From Spirochaetia bacterium (GTDB lineage Bacteria > Spirochaetota > Spirochaetia > SP-2023), in contig OZ253665.1 in NCBI GenBank assembly GCA_965263295.1, forward strand, positions 1,152,001 through 1,216,000: 64,000 nt of DNA. The letters run 5' to 3'. The notes below the pieces were generated by a model that worked only from the letters and a program-made list of their open reading frames with translations, made no database searches and was not told the origin of the DNA. Positions 29,539 to 39,374 of the stretch are shown here, piece by piece. Positions within the stretch are counted from its first letter, which is position 1. Each line of letters begins with the position of its first letter. The translations under genes and the position numbers were made by a program.

Positions 29539-31017
29539 GTGCAGCAGTCTGATATGAACGCCTATTTCGCCGCCTCTTACTTTTCCCCTTGTTCCTCACT
29601 TTTGTTTTTGTTTGGCTTGCTTCTGTATCTCTTGCGTCTTTTGCTTTGCCGCCATTGCCTAAAGCCCGTCACATTCGGCCTGCTCACAGCCTGGCTTGTC
29701 GCAATTGGCTCAAGTAATTTGAAAGCCCAGGATTACCCGCAAGGCAGTGAACCGATACAAGGGGAGCTTCAACGTGACATTGCGCCGGGCACCAGCGGCA
29801 ACGCCCCTTACAGTGGGCAACTACAGGTATATCAAATTTTACGCATCCAAATGGGGCAGGCCCAGATCTATCAAGCCATTGAATTGGAACTTAGCCCCTG
29901 GGACAAAACTTGGGACAAAACTAAGGACAGCACTGCGAGCACGGCTAGCGACTACGATAATGGGCAAAATGGGCAACCGGTAAGCCTTCTCGTTTACAAC
30001 CAGTTGAGTCCTTTCAACTCTGAGCCGGCGCACGACGACACTGAGCAAGACGACACGCCGAAATATCAAGGCCGGCGCTTACTCACGCGCGGGATTGAGG
30101 GTAAAACTCTACTAAGATTTACTTTGAGCGATGAGATTAGCGGCTACAATCCCTCTCAACAGCCCAAACTAGTGCCTAAGCAACAACAAGCCAGTCAAAA
30201 TATCTCATTAGAAGTGAAGCAATTTCCAATTTACATTGTGCTCTACCCATTTCAGACAGTAGAACCAGCTCAGGCTGTCGAGACTTCTGGAACTCCCGGC
30301 CAGCTCGGTCTCCCCAGCTACCAATACAGCTTGCGTTACCTGCGCAAAAAATTTGGCTTAATCCGCATACGCCTGCTACCGCCCAAGACGTCAACAGACG
30401 CAGAGCAAAACTCCACAACAAACTACTTAGACGATTCGGAGTTATACTTGAGCCTGCAAATTGACGAACAAAACCACGATTGGATATTTGACCCCGACTA
30501 TGTTGAAACCAGTACTGATGCCCCCTACGATCCAGGCTCAGGCCACACTCATGCGGCGGACAACTTGAGTTCGTCGCGGGCGCGTTACAGCCAGCCCTAC
30601 CGCCTTGGACTTGGGCGCCACAGCATTCAAGTCAGTAGCCAGAAGTACTATACTCGAGCCCAATTTCAACTTGAAGCCGGCGAAACAAAAATTCTGGAAT
30701 TGCAATTGCAGGAACGATTGAGTCAACTGCGCCTGGTCTTACCCAAGAATTCAGTTGTACTGCTCGACGGCATTCCATTGCAAAGCCGACAGCGTTCGAC
30801 TCCCAGCTGGCAGGATGTGGAGATTCGTGAATTGGAAAGCTACCTCTATGAACAAACCCGCCTGCAATACCTCCTGAGTGTCCCTGCCGGCAAACATCAT
30901 CTATTGATTCAGTACGAAGGCGAGACCTGGCAGCGCCAAATTTTTTTTCAAGAAGGCGTTGAACAGTATTTTCAACTTAATTGGGAATTGAGTAGCCAGA
31001 TCAACCCGCAAAACTGA
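29539..31017 (+). CDS. Hypothetical exported protein with PEGA-like C-terminal beta domains
   Basis: Hydrophobic N-terminus; segments LGRHSIQVSS and VLLDG...VPAGKHHLLIQ. Confidence 0.6.
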   Translation: MQQSDMNAYFAASYFSPCSSLLFLFGLLLYLLRLLLCRHCLKPVTFGLLTAWLVAIGSSNLKAQDYPQGSEPIQGELQRDIAPGTSGNAPYSGQLQVYQILRIQMGQAQIYQAIELELSPWDKTWDKTKDSTASTASDYDNGQNGQPVSLLVYNQLSPFNSEPAHDDTEQDDTPKYQGRRLLTRGIEGKTLLRFTLSDEISGYNPSQQPKLVPKQQQASQNISLEVKQFPIYIVLYPFQTVEPAQAVETSGTPGQLGLPSYQYSLRYLRKKFGLIRIRLLPPKTSTDAEQNSTTNYLDDSELYLSLQIDEQNHDWIFDPDYVETSTDAPYDPGSGHTHAADNLSSSRARYSQPYRLGLGRHSIQVSSQKYYTRAQFQLEAGETKILELQLQERLSQLRLVLPKNSVVLLDGIPLQSRQRSTPSWQDVEIRELESYLYEQTRLQYLLSVPAGKHHLLIQYEGETWQRQIFFQEGVEQYFQLNWELSSQINPQN

Positions 31018-31054
31018 ATTCAGGAATGCCACCGTTAAATCCAGATATTCACAA

Positions 31055-31260
31055 TCAAACAGCAATTTCTTTCTGGCGCCGTTTGCCAAAGACATAATAT
31101 TACTTGCAAAAAAGTTGACCGCCATGCCAGCGAGAACGCCGCACAGTTGCGCCACAGTCTGATTTGTCAGAATATCCCAATACAATATGAAGTTTAAAGT
31201 GAATAAGTTTATACCCAGGCCAAAATCAGAAACTCGGCGATACCAAGTGATAAAACAGTT
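31055..31260 (-). pseudogene. GtrA-family (lipid-linked sugar translocase) C-terminal remnant
   Basis: GLGINLFTLNFIL...AQLCGVLAGMAVNFFAS; adding one A gives the typical ending NFFASKYYVF. The N-terminal half is absent. Confidence 0.65.
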
Positions 31261-31261
31261 T

Positions 31262-32629
31262 CTAACTCGCCAGTTGTCGCTGAAAGAGGCCCATAATTTG
31301 CTGGGCCGCAACGCGGCCTGCATTGTCAAAATGGAAAATATGCTTGTCGATGAGCTGGCGTGACAGCTGTTTTTGCATTACTTGCGGCAACAATTCACCC
31401 AGACAAGACAGCTGCTCAAGTGGCAAATATGCACCGACATCTTCCAACAATTCAAATACCGAATCCGGCGCTTCGACATCACTAGCCTCATAGCCCATTA
31501 TCTCTACCTGATCGTGAAACAACGCCAGCACCGGTTTCTGATAAACAAATGCAAAGTCATAAATAATACCTGAGACGTCGCATACCAAAACGTCAGCTCG
31601 TTGCAACACGGGGCGGTTATCCACCGCACAATCTATTTCAATGTGCTCCCCATATTGTTTTTGCACGCGCTCAAGCTTCTCCTTGTCGGACTTCCATGCC
31701 TGTGGGTGAGGTCGGAAGATCACGCGAAAAGGGAGGGATAACAACTGCTCCAAAATCAGATCAATCTGATTCAAGAAGCTGCGTGCCCCCCAAGAGGAAG
31801 CCAACAACAAACAGGGCTCTTCCGCTTTACTGACGGCCTTCGCCCAAGTTTGGGCTGCCAGGACCTTGTTTTCCGCCGCAGGCGAATCGGCAAAATATTG
31901 TTGGTAATATGGGCAACCTGTGGCAAACAATTTACGTTCGCGCAACAGACCTTTTTTTCGCATATATTCAGTTTGTCGTTTTTGCTCTAAAAGTTTTAAA
32001 TTATTCATGACATGCTGGCTAGTGCACAGCACAGAGTCAAAGTAATCGAAGGCAAACTTTTCATATGTATGAACATCACTGGGCGAATGCATGACATGAC
32101 AATAATGCCCAACGTGAGGCGATCGCTTAAGTTGCATAATATCCAGCTGTGGGGTTGTCATGACACACATCTTGGCCTTGAGCCTATTCATCGTGTAAAT
32201 GGCGCTGTTCAGACGGCCTAAATACAATGCCCGCGCCTGATCTCCAGACTGGGCTAGGCAATCCAATCCGGGATCGTCCTTGCCGGCAGTTAAATAAACA
32301 AAACTCTGCCCCCGATTCAACAGCTCCTCGCAAACAGGCTCAAAAACAGGCCAGTAATTGCGACCCTCACTGAAAATAACCAATTGATCGGCGAAGTCAC
32401 TGTCACAAGCGTTCTTCTTGCCGGCCACAATATTAAAAATACGATAGAACAAAGCCCGAATATAAAACACCAGGGCCAAAGACAGGCCGACAAGCGCAGA
32501 ACTCAGCAGACTGCCGCTGCCCGGATCAATGTAGGAAAAATCATAAAACAATATTATGCAAGAATATCGAGCTGACTTCAAGTACTCGTTAAATTGCCCG
32601 ATAAACGAGCAGGGCAATTTAACGAGCAC
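31262..32629 (-). CDS. CDP-glycerol glycerophosphotransferase family protein
   Basis: YIDPGSGS plus a TM segment, IFSEGRNYW, MTTPQLD, FDYFDSV, LLASSWG, FRPHPQ, DVSGIIYDFAF. True start uncertain (possibly TTG 32551). Confidence 0.8.
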   Translation of the reverse strand: MLVKLPCSFIGQFNEYLKSARYSCIILFYDFSYIDPGSGSLLSSALVGLSLALVFYIRALFYRIFNIVAGKKNACDSDFADQLVIFSEGRNYWPVFEPVCEELLNRGQSFVYLTAGKDDPGLDCLAQSGDQARALYLGRLNSAIYTMNRLKAKMCVMTTPQLDIMQLKRSPHVGHYCHVMHSPSDVHTYEKFAFDYFDSVLCTSQHVMNNLKLLEQKRQTEYMRKKGLLRERKLFATGCPYYQQYFADSPAAENKVLAAQTWAKAVSKAEEPCLLLASSWGARSFLNQIDLILEQLLSLPFRVIFRPHPQAWKSDKEKLERVQKQYGEHIEIDCAVDNRPVLQRADVLVCDVSGIIYDFAFVYQKPVLALFHDQVEIMGYEASDVEAPDSVFELLEDVGAYLPLEQLSCLGELLPQVMQKQLSRQLIDKHIFHFDNAGRVAAQQIMGLFQRQLAS

Positions 32630-32641
32630 TTGAAGTCAGCT
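32570..32641 (-). repeat. 30-bp inverted repeat with 12-nt loop
   Basis: AGCTGACTTCAAGTACTCGTTAAATTGCCC (32570-32599) and GGGCAATTTAACGAGCACTTGAAGTCAGCT (32612-32641); one mismatch, which is G:U on the minus-strand RNA. Confidence 0.92.
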
Positions 32642-32699
32642 GCTCTCTAGCTTAACTGTCCCCTCTCTCAAAGCTTTCTGCCAGATTACAGACCAACGA

Positions 32700-33122
32700 T
32701 TATTGCAAGGAAATCAAGCGTTTACGTCGCTCTGGTTCTTTTTTGGCCAGCTCAATATGGAGCACGCCATCTTCCATTCGCGCCTGAATACTTTCCTCAT
32801 CAACAGCCTTGCCCACCTGGAAAACCCGGCGCCCAGCGCGTTGCTGGTGGCGTTCAACGCGAATCCACTTACCGTCTTCTCGGCTCTCATGTTTTTCTTC
32901 CTGTTTGACTTCAATGTACAAACGGCCATCTTCCAGGCTGACTTCCACCTGGTCTTTCTTTACTCCAGGCAGATCAATTGAAATCTGAAACGCAGTATCC
33001 GTTTCCTGAATATCACTGCGCATCCAATGGTTGTCAAAACCACCTTCACTGAAGAAATCTTCCAGTATTGAGCCCAGCGCAAGAGATGGGTTGCGCCTCA
33101 GGACAACATCACGGTGTATCAT
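32700..33122 (-). CDS. Hsp20/alpha-crystallin small heat-shock protein
   Basis: MRSDIQET, IDLPGVKKDQV, IRVER, IQARMEDGVLHIELAK. GAGGAGG precedes ATG 33122. Confidence 0.94.
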   Translation of the reverse strand: MIHRDVVLRRNPSLALGSILEDFFSEGGFDNHWMRSDIQETDTAFQISIDLPGVKKDQVEVSLEDGRLYIEVKQEEKHESREDGKWIRVERHQQRAGRRVFQVGKAVDEESIQARMEDGVLHIELAKKEPERRKRLISLQ

Positions 33123-33193
33123 AATAACCTCCTCGGGATTGCTCCCTTCTTGTTTCTTTGACAAGCAGCATGCTTGCTCTTACATTGAACTAA

Positions 33194-33210
33194 AGCAAAT
33201 TTTATGCCAA
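33194..33210 (-). promoter_or_regulatory. Sigma54 (-24/-12) promoter of hsp20
   Basis: The minus strand reads TTGGCATAAAATTTGCT, with exact GG-N10-GC spacing, about 70 bp upstream of the start codon. Confidence 0.7.
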
Positions 33211-33338
33211 CTGTAGCAATTTAAGATATATCCTTACCCCTATCGAAATATTTCCAATCTAGGCCAATTTTTAAACTATCAGAGTCATAGAGCCTTGTCA
33301 CGCGCTCGCTTTGGCTCTAAAGGAAAGGGCAAGTAGCG

Positions 33339-33435
33339 TGGCATTTTGACCAATAAAACCGGAAGTCTCTTCCGGGCGTTGGCATATTTGACAAAGAATT
33401 ACACCACAACCAGCCAATCTGTGTCATTTCTGCCA
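33339..33435. promoter_or_regulatory. Candidate enhancer (UAS) sites TG(G/T)CA-N3/4-TG(A/C)C(A/C)
   Basis: TGGCATTTTGACC at 33339, TGGCATATTTGACA at 33380, TGTCATTTCTGCCA at 33422. Confidence 0.45.
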
Positions 33436-33611
33436 TTAATATTTATCGCACGAGAGCATTGCCAATACGGCAGAGATACTCAGGGCGATTCTGACCATAA
33501 ACTACTGATAGCTGCCAGGATACTTTTTCTCTCCGGACTAAATGCCAACAAAACTGGCCTTAGAACAACAATCACTTATTCTACTTAATTTTAAAATCTG
33601 CCGCATGCAAG

Positions 33612-34601
33612 TTACAGTGCCAGCAGACGGTCCAAGCCCAAAGCGGCACCACTACAGTCAGGCAAGTGCCGCCATAACCTCAAAGCCGGGAGATCGAAGC
33701 GGGCGAGTTCTGCACTGCGTCCCAGATATTCCAGGACAGCGACAAATCGTTGACGATAAAGCTCCAGATACTCTCGACGATTTTCCTCACGGCAGGCATT
33801 GGCCAGTTCAACTCCATTGACATAAAGTTCCCAGCGCTCCACCCAAGCAACTCTGCCAGCTAGCTGCCGAGCTGGCAACGGCGTCACATCTGGGTAGGGA
33901 TACAGGGCACAAAATGGCAGTTCCCGCCCGATATAAGGCTCCAGAAAATTGACCAAGAACAGGTGGAACAAGTCATCAAGACCTAGATCCGGGCTGTGCG
34001 TGCCACCAGCGGCAACATATAATTCTTGCATCCCCTCCAGGCCATTATCCCAGTATTCATCAAATCCCAGGCCCACGGCCTGGCGGCACAAGTCATCAAA
34101 ACTGAGCACTGTCAACTCGCCCGAAAAAAGTCGGCTCAAGTCGGGACGGAGCTGCGGCCCCAAGTAACCCAGTAGCTGCCGCACAAGTTCCAGCAACTGT
34201 AACGAGGTGTAGCCAATGGCATAGAATTCAAGCATCAAGAATTCCCAGAAATGTAGCTCATCCTGTTCATCTTCTTGGCGGAAGCAGTGAGCCAGCTGGT
34301 AAATGGATGGAACTTTGCCCGTTGGCAGCCCTTCGAGAATAGCCTCAGGCCCGCCCATGGCCTCGCTGTTCCACTGACAGAGTAACCGCTTCATCGCCAA
34401 TTCAGGCGAAGGCAGTAAATAACCGATTGCACCAGACCGGCCGACAACAGAGAAGCTCTGCACATGCAGCTCTGGCACCAGCCTTGTCTGTAATATTGGC
34501 GTATCGACTTCTAAAAATTTCTTCTCGGCAAAAAAGCGCCGTACGGCCTGCAATATAAAAATCTTTTGTAGGACCTTCTCTGTCGACCAAACTCTAGACA
34601 C
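33612..34601 (-). CDS. epmA: EF-P lysine (beta-lysyl) ligase EpmA/GenX
   Basis: Class II LysRS-like catalytic domain without anticodon domain: FLEVDTPIL, SPELAMKRLL, IYQLAHCFRQE, EFLMLEFY, ERWELYVNGVELANA, CSGAALGLDRL. Confidence 0.85.
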   Translation of the reverse strand: MSRVWSTEKVLQKIFILQAVRRFFAEKKFLEVDTPILQTRLVPELHVQSFSVVGRSGAIGYLLPSPELAMKRLLCQWNSEAMGGPEAILEGLPTGKVPSIYQLAHCFRQEDEQDELHFWEFLMLEFYAIGYTSLQLLELVRQLLGYLGPQLRPDLSRLFSGELTVLSFDDLCRQAVGLGFDEYWDNGLEGMQELYVAAGGTHSPDLGLDDLFHLFLVNFLEPYIGRELPFCALYPYPDVTPLPARQLAGRVAWVERWELYVNGVELANACREENRREYLELYRQRFVAVLEYLGRSAELARFDLPALRLWRHLPDCSGAALGLDRLLAL

Positions 34602-34664
34602 AAAAACCCTTGTGAGTTTACAATTTAAATTCTGAAAGAAATCATATCATCGAAAGGATGAAGT

Positions 34665-35072
34665 TTAGATGCGATAAACAACCAGGCTAATCGCGATGAC
34701 TGAAGCATAAGCAAACATTAAGATTGAAGAAAACTCCAGCGGGAACTCCGCCAAAGGTGCGAGAACTTTGTCGAGGAAGCGCAGGATAACCGTATCGAGG
34801 AACATACCCGGAACAGAGAGGCTAATCGCAGCTATCGGGGCCTGACCCGGTAGAGTGCTGGTCAAGCGCAGGCATAATAAGAAGAGTCCCGCCATCACAA
34901 TAAAAATGATGAATAACAAGGCTATAAATAAGAAACCATTGCCAAAGACTTTCAGAATTGCAGCGCCACCAAAATATAAAACCATTGTAAATAGAACAAA
35001 AAAACCGATACCGATCAGGCAAAATCGGCTGACTATGCTGCGAAAGTCCTGATTAAACTGGTGCTGCTGCAT
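34665..35072 (-). CDS. Small four-TM membrane protein (DUF5367-like)
   Basis: Four hydrophobic segments with a VPGMFLD motif. Confidence 0.6.
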   Translation of the reverse strand: MQQHQFNQDFRSIVSRFCLIGIGFFVLFTMVLYFGGAAILKVFGNGFLFIALLFIIFIVMAGLFLLCLRLTSTLPGQAPIAAISLSVPGMFLDTVILRFLDKVLAPLAEFPLEFSSILMFAYASVIAISLVVYRI

Positions 35073-35128
35073 AAATAAGTACTTCCATTACAAATATTTG
35101 GATACGATAAACCAAAGCGATAACCGCA

Positions 35129-36145
35129 TTAACTCGGAATAACTATAATAAATGGTAAAAAATAATAATACAAGGGGGCCACAAATAACAATGAGTCAAT
35201 GGAGTCCAAAACTCCTCCACGACCCAGTATCAGGGCTCCCGAATCTTTGACGTCGGCAGCTCTTTTAATCAACGACTCAACCAGGTCGCCCAATATGGCA
35301 CTACAGCCAATGGCCAAAGCAAAGAGCGGCAGATACCAAGAAAGCCTAAAGACCTGCGGCCAAACCAAAGCAAAAATCACGAAAACAAGCATACCGGCGA
35401 GCAAGCCGCCCAGAAACCCTTGCAGACTCTTATTCGGACTGACGTCAATCAGTCCACGGTTCTTGCCAAACAGCATGCCAAAGGCCCAAGCTGCAGAATC
35501 ATTGGCCTGTACACAAACAACATACAGCAAAGCCAATCGTGGCCCTGCAGGAAAAGACGTCAAAGATACGGCATAAGTACCCAAAAGACTCGGATACAAC
35601 AAGATTATCATGTAACCCATACCGACAAACAGTCGTTCTTTCATATTTGCATTGCGCAAAAAAATCGGCAGGGATAGAGCCGCCAGAGAAATAAGAGCCA
35701 CAAGACTGCTAAAGGCATTGTAGGCTTCCAAGACAGGAAACTGTAATTCCAGATAGCGCGTAGCTGGCAGCAATACCCCAATCAAAATAGCCGGCAGAGG
35801 GTAGACACGGAAGCCCAAGAGAAGCAGCAATTTAGCCATTTCCCAGGCTCCCATACCGACAAACGCAATCACCACCAGATTGAATGGCAACTGATGAAAA
35901 AACGGCAACATGATGATGGCTACCAACAGCGGCACTGCGACAATAAACAGCACAAGGCGCTCTCGTATATTGCGGCGCCTACCCTTTTTTTGTGGGCCTA
36001 CAGGAATTCTTGTGGTCGATTTGCTTGCTACTTTTTGTGCAACAGTCACCTGATCGGTATCTTTTGCCGTTCTTTCAGCCTCTAGCCCAGGCACTCCTGC
36101 TTCAGCTCTCTGCACTATTACCTGCCCCCTGTCTTTTTTGCTCAC
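35129..36145 (-). CDS. cdsA: Phosphatidate cytidylyltransferase
   Basis: NDSAAWAFG, VSPNKSLQG, GDLVESLIKR, KDSG, GRGGVLDSIDS. Confidence 0.95.
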   Translation of the reverse strand: MSKKDRGQVIVQRAEAGVPGLEAERTAKDTDQVTVAQKVASKSTTRIPVGPQKKGRRRNIRERLVLFIVAVPLLVAIIMLPFFHQLPFNLVVIAFVGMGAWEMAKLLLLLGFRVYPLPAILIGVLLPATRYLELQFPVLEAYNAFSSLVALISLAALSLPIFLRNANMKERLFVGMGYMIILLYPSLLGTYAVSLTSFPAGPRLALLYVVCVQANDSAAWAFGMLFGKNRGLIDVSPNKSLQGFLGGLLAGMLVFVIFALVWPQVFRLSWYLPLFALAIGCSAILGDLVESLIKRAADVKDSGALILGRGGVLDSIDSLLFVAPLYYYFLPFIIVIPS

Positions 36146-36844
36146 TTAATCTATCCCAGCGCCACCAAAACGGCGCTGTCGCTGACCAAAGCTTTGCAAA
36201 GCCAGTTCAAATGCGTCAGCTGTCCAGTCCGGCCACAATGCGTTGGCAAAATATAATTCTGCGTAAGCTGCATCCCACAGTAAAAAGTTGCTTATACGCT
36301 GGTCGCCACCAGTGCGAATCAACAAATCCAAAGGCGGCAGCTCTGTGCCGTGATCCATGTGGCAACGCAGGGATTCCGCATCAATTTTTGCACCGCGCTG
36401 ACGCAACCTCTCAGCGGCGCAAACGATGTCCTGTTGTCCCCCGTAGTTGACCAGCAGATTGACCGTCAAGCCGCGAAAATTTCTGGTCTGCTCTATGACA
36501 AAGTTGATTTCGTCTTGCACCACCTGAGGTAATTCTTTGAGGCCTCCTGAGTGCCAGACGCGGATGCGGTTGTCAATATAGAACTGCAATTCACTGCGCA
36601 AGTGCTTATGCAACAAACCCATCAGGTGCTCGACCTCACGCGGAGGGCGCTTCCAGTTCTCACTAGAAAACACATACAACGAGAGGAACGGCAGGCCGAG
36701 AGCCGAGGCCCGGCGCACTATCTGCTTGCTTACCTTGACGCCCTCATTATGCCCACTAATCCGGGGCTTGCCGTTCTGCTTGGCCCAACGGCCATTGCCA
36801 TCCATAATAATGCCCACATGCCGCAAATCCTCTGGGATCCCCAT
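36146..36844 (-). CDS. uppS: Undecaprenyl diphosphate synthase
   Basis: HVGIIMDGNGRWA, FSSENWKRP, NYGG, DLLIRTGGDQRISNFLLW, RRFGG. Confidence 0.97.
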   Translation of the reverse strand: MGIPEDLRHVGIIMDGNGRWAKQNGKPRISGHNEGVKVSKQIVRRASALGLPFLSLYVFSSENWKRPPREVEHLMGLLHKHLRSELQFYIDNRIRVWHSGGLKELPQVVQDEINFVIEQTRNFRGLTVNLLVNYGGQQDIVCAAERLRQRGAKIDAESLRCHMDHGTELPPLDLLIRTGGDQRISNFLLWDAAYAELYFANALWPDWTADAFELALQSFGQRQRRFGGAGID

Positions 36845-36857
36845 TCAGCCTCAATCC

Positions 36858-37403
36858 CTATATTTCCAGAATCTCTTTTTCTTTTTGGCTCAGAACCTCA
36901 TCTATTTTCTTGACCATCTTGTCCGTAAAATGTTGAATCTCAGTAGTTTCATGCTTCTGCATGTCCTCGCTGAGCTCTGTATTTGCCTTGATCGCATCAT
37001 TCATTTCGCGGCGAATATTACGCACAGACACGCGGGCTTTCTCAGCCAGTGTTTTGGCCTGCTTAACCAAATCCTTACGGCGCTCAGTCGTCAAAGCTGG
37101 GACTTGCAGACGAATATTTTTGCCATCATTGTTCGGCGTCAGCCCCAAGTCCGCAATCTGAATGGCGCGTTCAATATCTTTCAACAGATTTCGATCAAAA
37201 GGCGCAATCAAAATCTCACGCGCTTCAGGAATACTTATATTAGCCAATTGCTTGAGCGGAGTTGGCGCCCCGTAGTAATCCACCATAACCTTATCCAGCA
37301 AATGTGGAGTCGCCCGGCCGGTGCGTAACGAGGCATAATCATGCTCCAGACTCTGGATCGTTTTCGTCATCTTTTCCGACATTTCTTTATCTAGCAAACC
37401 CAT
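36858..37403 (-). CDS. frr: Ribosome recycling factor
   Basis: LRTGRATP, VDYYGAPTPL, LGLTPNNDG, LTTERRKDLVK, VRNIRR. Confidence 0.98.
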   Translation of the reverse strand: MGLLDKEMSEKMTKTIQSLEHDYASLRTGRATPHLLDKVMVDYYGAPTPLKQLANISIPEAREILIAPFDRNLLKDIERAIQIADLGLTPNNDGKNIRLQVPALTTERRKDLVKQAKTLAEKARVSVRNIRREMNDAIKANTELSEDMQKHETTEIQHFTDKMVKKIDEVLSQKEKEILEI

Positions 37404-37622
37404 AAAAACTCCTTTTGCAGGGAACTCACCGCCAGGCTACTCACGGCTGAAGTATACATATAAAGCCAGTTGAATCCAGCTGGGCGCCAGCCCAATTAAG
37501 CGCCTAATTATTATAAGGGAAAGGGCCACTGCTGCCAGGATACCAAGGGCATTATTTCGCCCTTGCCGGCACGCAGCTGGGTCCGCCTCCTTCAAGCGAT
37601 TGCATGCCGGCCAGCTCACGCT

Positions 37623-38477
37623 TCAGCTGCCGACTTTTACAATCTTATATGCCTTCAGCGAAACGCTAGCCCCGTTCTGTTTGGAAAAATCTTTGAGGAC
37701 TTTGGCAACCGTATTCTTCGGCTCTTTGACAAAACCTTGCTCGACAAAGCAGCATTCGGCGAGCCACTTCTTCAACTGTCCCTTGAGATAAGCCTCACGG
37801 GCCTTTGGAGGAATATTTTCACTCTGGGCGCGGCCGCGAAAGATATCTTCCTGCTCAGCAATAAGCTGGGCGTCCACTTCCGAAGCATTGAGGAAACTCG
37901 GCTGGAAAGCCGCAGCATGCATCGCTAGGTCGCGTCCCAAGTCATTCAAGTTCTGGGCCAAGTCATTTGCATTCTGGGTATCGAGGCGGGCGCCTTCACT
38001 GTGCAACACAACCGCAGTGGCAATAGCGCCGTTATTGTGAGAATAAGTCAAAATCACGTCGCCAGCTTCGGCCGCAATATTGGCGATAGTGCCGATATTC
38101 AGATTTTCCTTCAGAGCCAGAACCGCCTCCTGGACCTTGCTTGTCAAAGCCGCATCGGCAGCAGTGAGCTTGCGTTCCAAAGCTTCTTGGGCGACAGCTG
38201 CGCCGAGTTTGCGGAATTTTTCGTTCATGGCGACAAAGTCGGTCTCACAGCGGATTTCCACCATGACCAAGCCATCTGTGTTCTGGGCAAAAAATACGGC
38301 ACCTTCTGAAGTCTGGCGATCACTCCGCTTTGCCGCACTGGCCAAACCTTGTTTTTTTAAGACTTTCTCTGCTTCCTCAAAGTTTCCACCGGCTTCCAGC
38401 AGAGCTTTCTTGCAGTCGCCCATACCGGCACCAGTCTTCTCGCGCAGGGATTTTACATCTTGTGGACTTACGCTCAT
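37623..38477 (-). CDS. tsf: Elongation factor Ts
   Basis: VKSLREKTGAGMGDCKKAL, CETDFVA, AMHAAAFQP. Start is ATG 38477, just after the rpsB stop. Confidence 0.97.
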   Translation of the reverse strand: MSVSPQDVKSLREKTGAGMGDCKKALLEAGGNFEEAEKVLKKQGLASAAKRSDRQTSEGAVFFAQNTDGLVMVEIRCETDFVAMNEKFRKLGAAVAQEALERKLTAADAALTSKVQEAVLALKENLNIGTIANIAAEAGDVILTYSHNNGAIATAVVLHSEGARLDTQNANDLAQNLNDLGRDLAMHAAAFQPSFLNASEVDAQLIAEQEDIFRGRAQSENIPPKAREAYLKGQLKKWLAECCFVEQGFVKEPKNTVAKVLKDFSKQNGASVSLKAYKIVKVGS

Positions 38478-38478
38478 C

Positions 38479-39300
38479 TTACTCTTGCTCCTTGCTATGG
38501 GAGTCGTAAACTTCCTGCTCGGCATCTTGTTGCTGGGCCTGATAATTTGCCAGCTCTTCAGCTGGAGTCATGAAGCCCGTTTCTTTTTCGTGCATGCTCT
38601 CAATCACTTCCAGGCCAATTTCGTTTTCGGCGTCGAGAACGGCAGAGGATATGGTTTGCGTGAAGAGCTGAATGGCACGGATGGCATCGTCATTGCCGGG
38701 GATTGGGAAAGTCACGCCTTTGGGGTTGCAATTGGTATCGAGAATGGCGATTACCGGAATTCCCAAGCGATTGGCCTCCGCGATGGCAATATGCTCTTTG
38801 CCCGTATCCACCACAAAAATAGCACCTGGCAGCTCCTTCATTTCCTTAATGCCGCCCAAGGTCTTTTCCAGCCGTTCCTTCTCTTTTTGTACCAACGAGA
38901 TTTCTTTCTTGGTCATGGAGTCAAATGAACCATCAATTTCCATCTTCTCCAGTTTTTTCAGCTGGTAAAGCGAGCGTTTGATGGTCGAAAAGTTGGTCAG
39001 CATGCCACCAAGCCAACGGTGGTTGACATAATGCATGCCACAACGTTCGGCCTCAGTCTTGATTGGTTCCTGAGCCTGCTTTTTAGTGCCGACAAAAAGG
39101 ATGCTTTTTTTGTTGATAACCACATCTTTGGCCGCCATATACGCATCCTTCAGACACAACACCGTTTTCTGCAGATCCACAATGTGGATGCCATTGCGCT
39201 GGGTAAAGATATACTTCTTCATACGCGGATTCCAGCGCTTAGTTTGGTGGCCGAAGTGGACACCAGCCTCTAAGAGGCTTTTCATAGAGACAGTTGTCAT
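38479..39300 (-). CDS. rpsB: 30S ribosomal protein S2
   Basis: [53 protein letters not shown]. Confidence 0.99.
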   Translation of the reverse strand: MTTVSMKSLLEAGVHFGHQTKRWNPRMKKYIFTQRNGIHIVDLQKTVLCLKDAYMAAKDVVINKKSILFVGTKKQAQEPIKTEAERCGMHYVNHRWLGGMLTNFSTIKRSLYQLKKLEKMEIDGSFDSMTKKEISLVQKEKERLEKTLGGIKEMKELPGAIFVVDTGKEHIAIAEANRLGIPVIAILDTNCNPKGVTFPIPGNDDAIRAIQLFTQTISSAVLDAENEIGLEVIESMHEKETGFMTPAEELANYQAQQQDAEQEVYDSHSKEQE

Positions 39301-39374
39301 CTATTTCCTCCTGTACAGCTCGCGCAATGAGTAGCTTTCAGCCCCCACGAGCAAGTACGCCCTTCTCTAAATCT

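Noticed and set aside
30901..31329. Track ORF of 142 aa as a real gene
   Set aside because: It overlaps both neighbours and is better explained as read-through across the GtrA remnant.
37437..37619. 60-aa ORF between tsf and frr
   Set aside because: No motif or RBS; it coincides with hairpins and a likely promoter.
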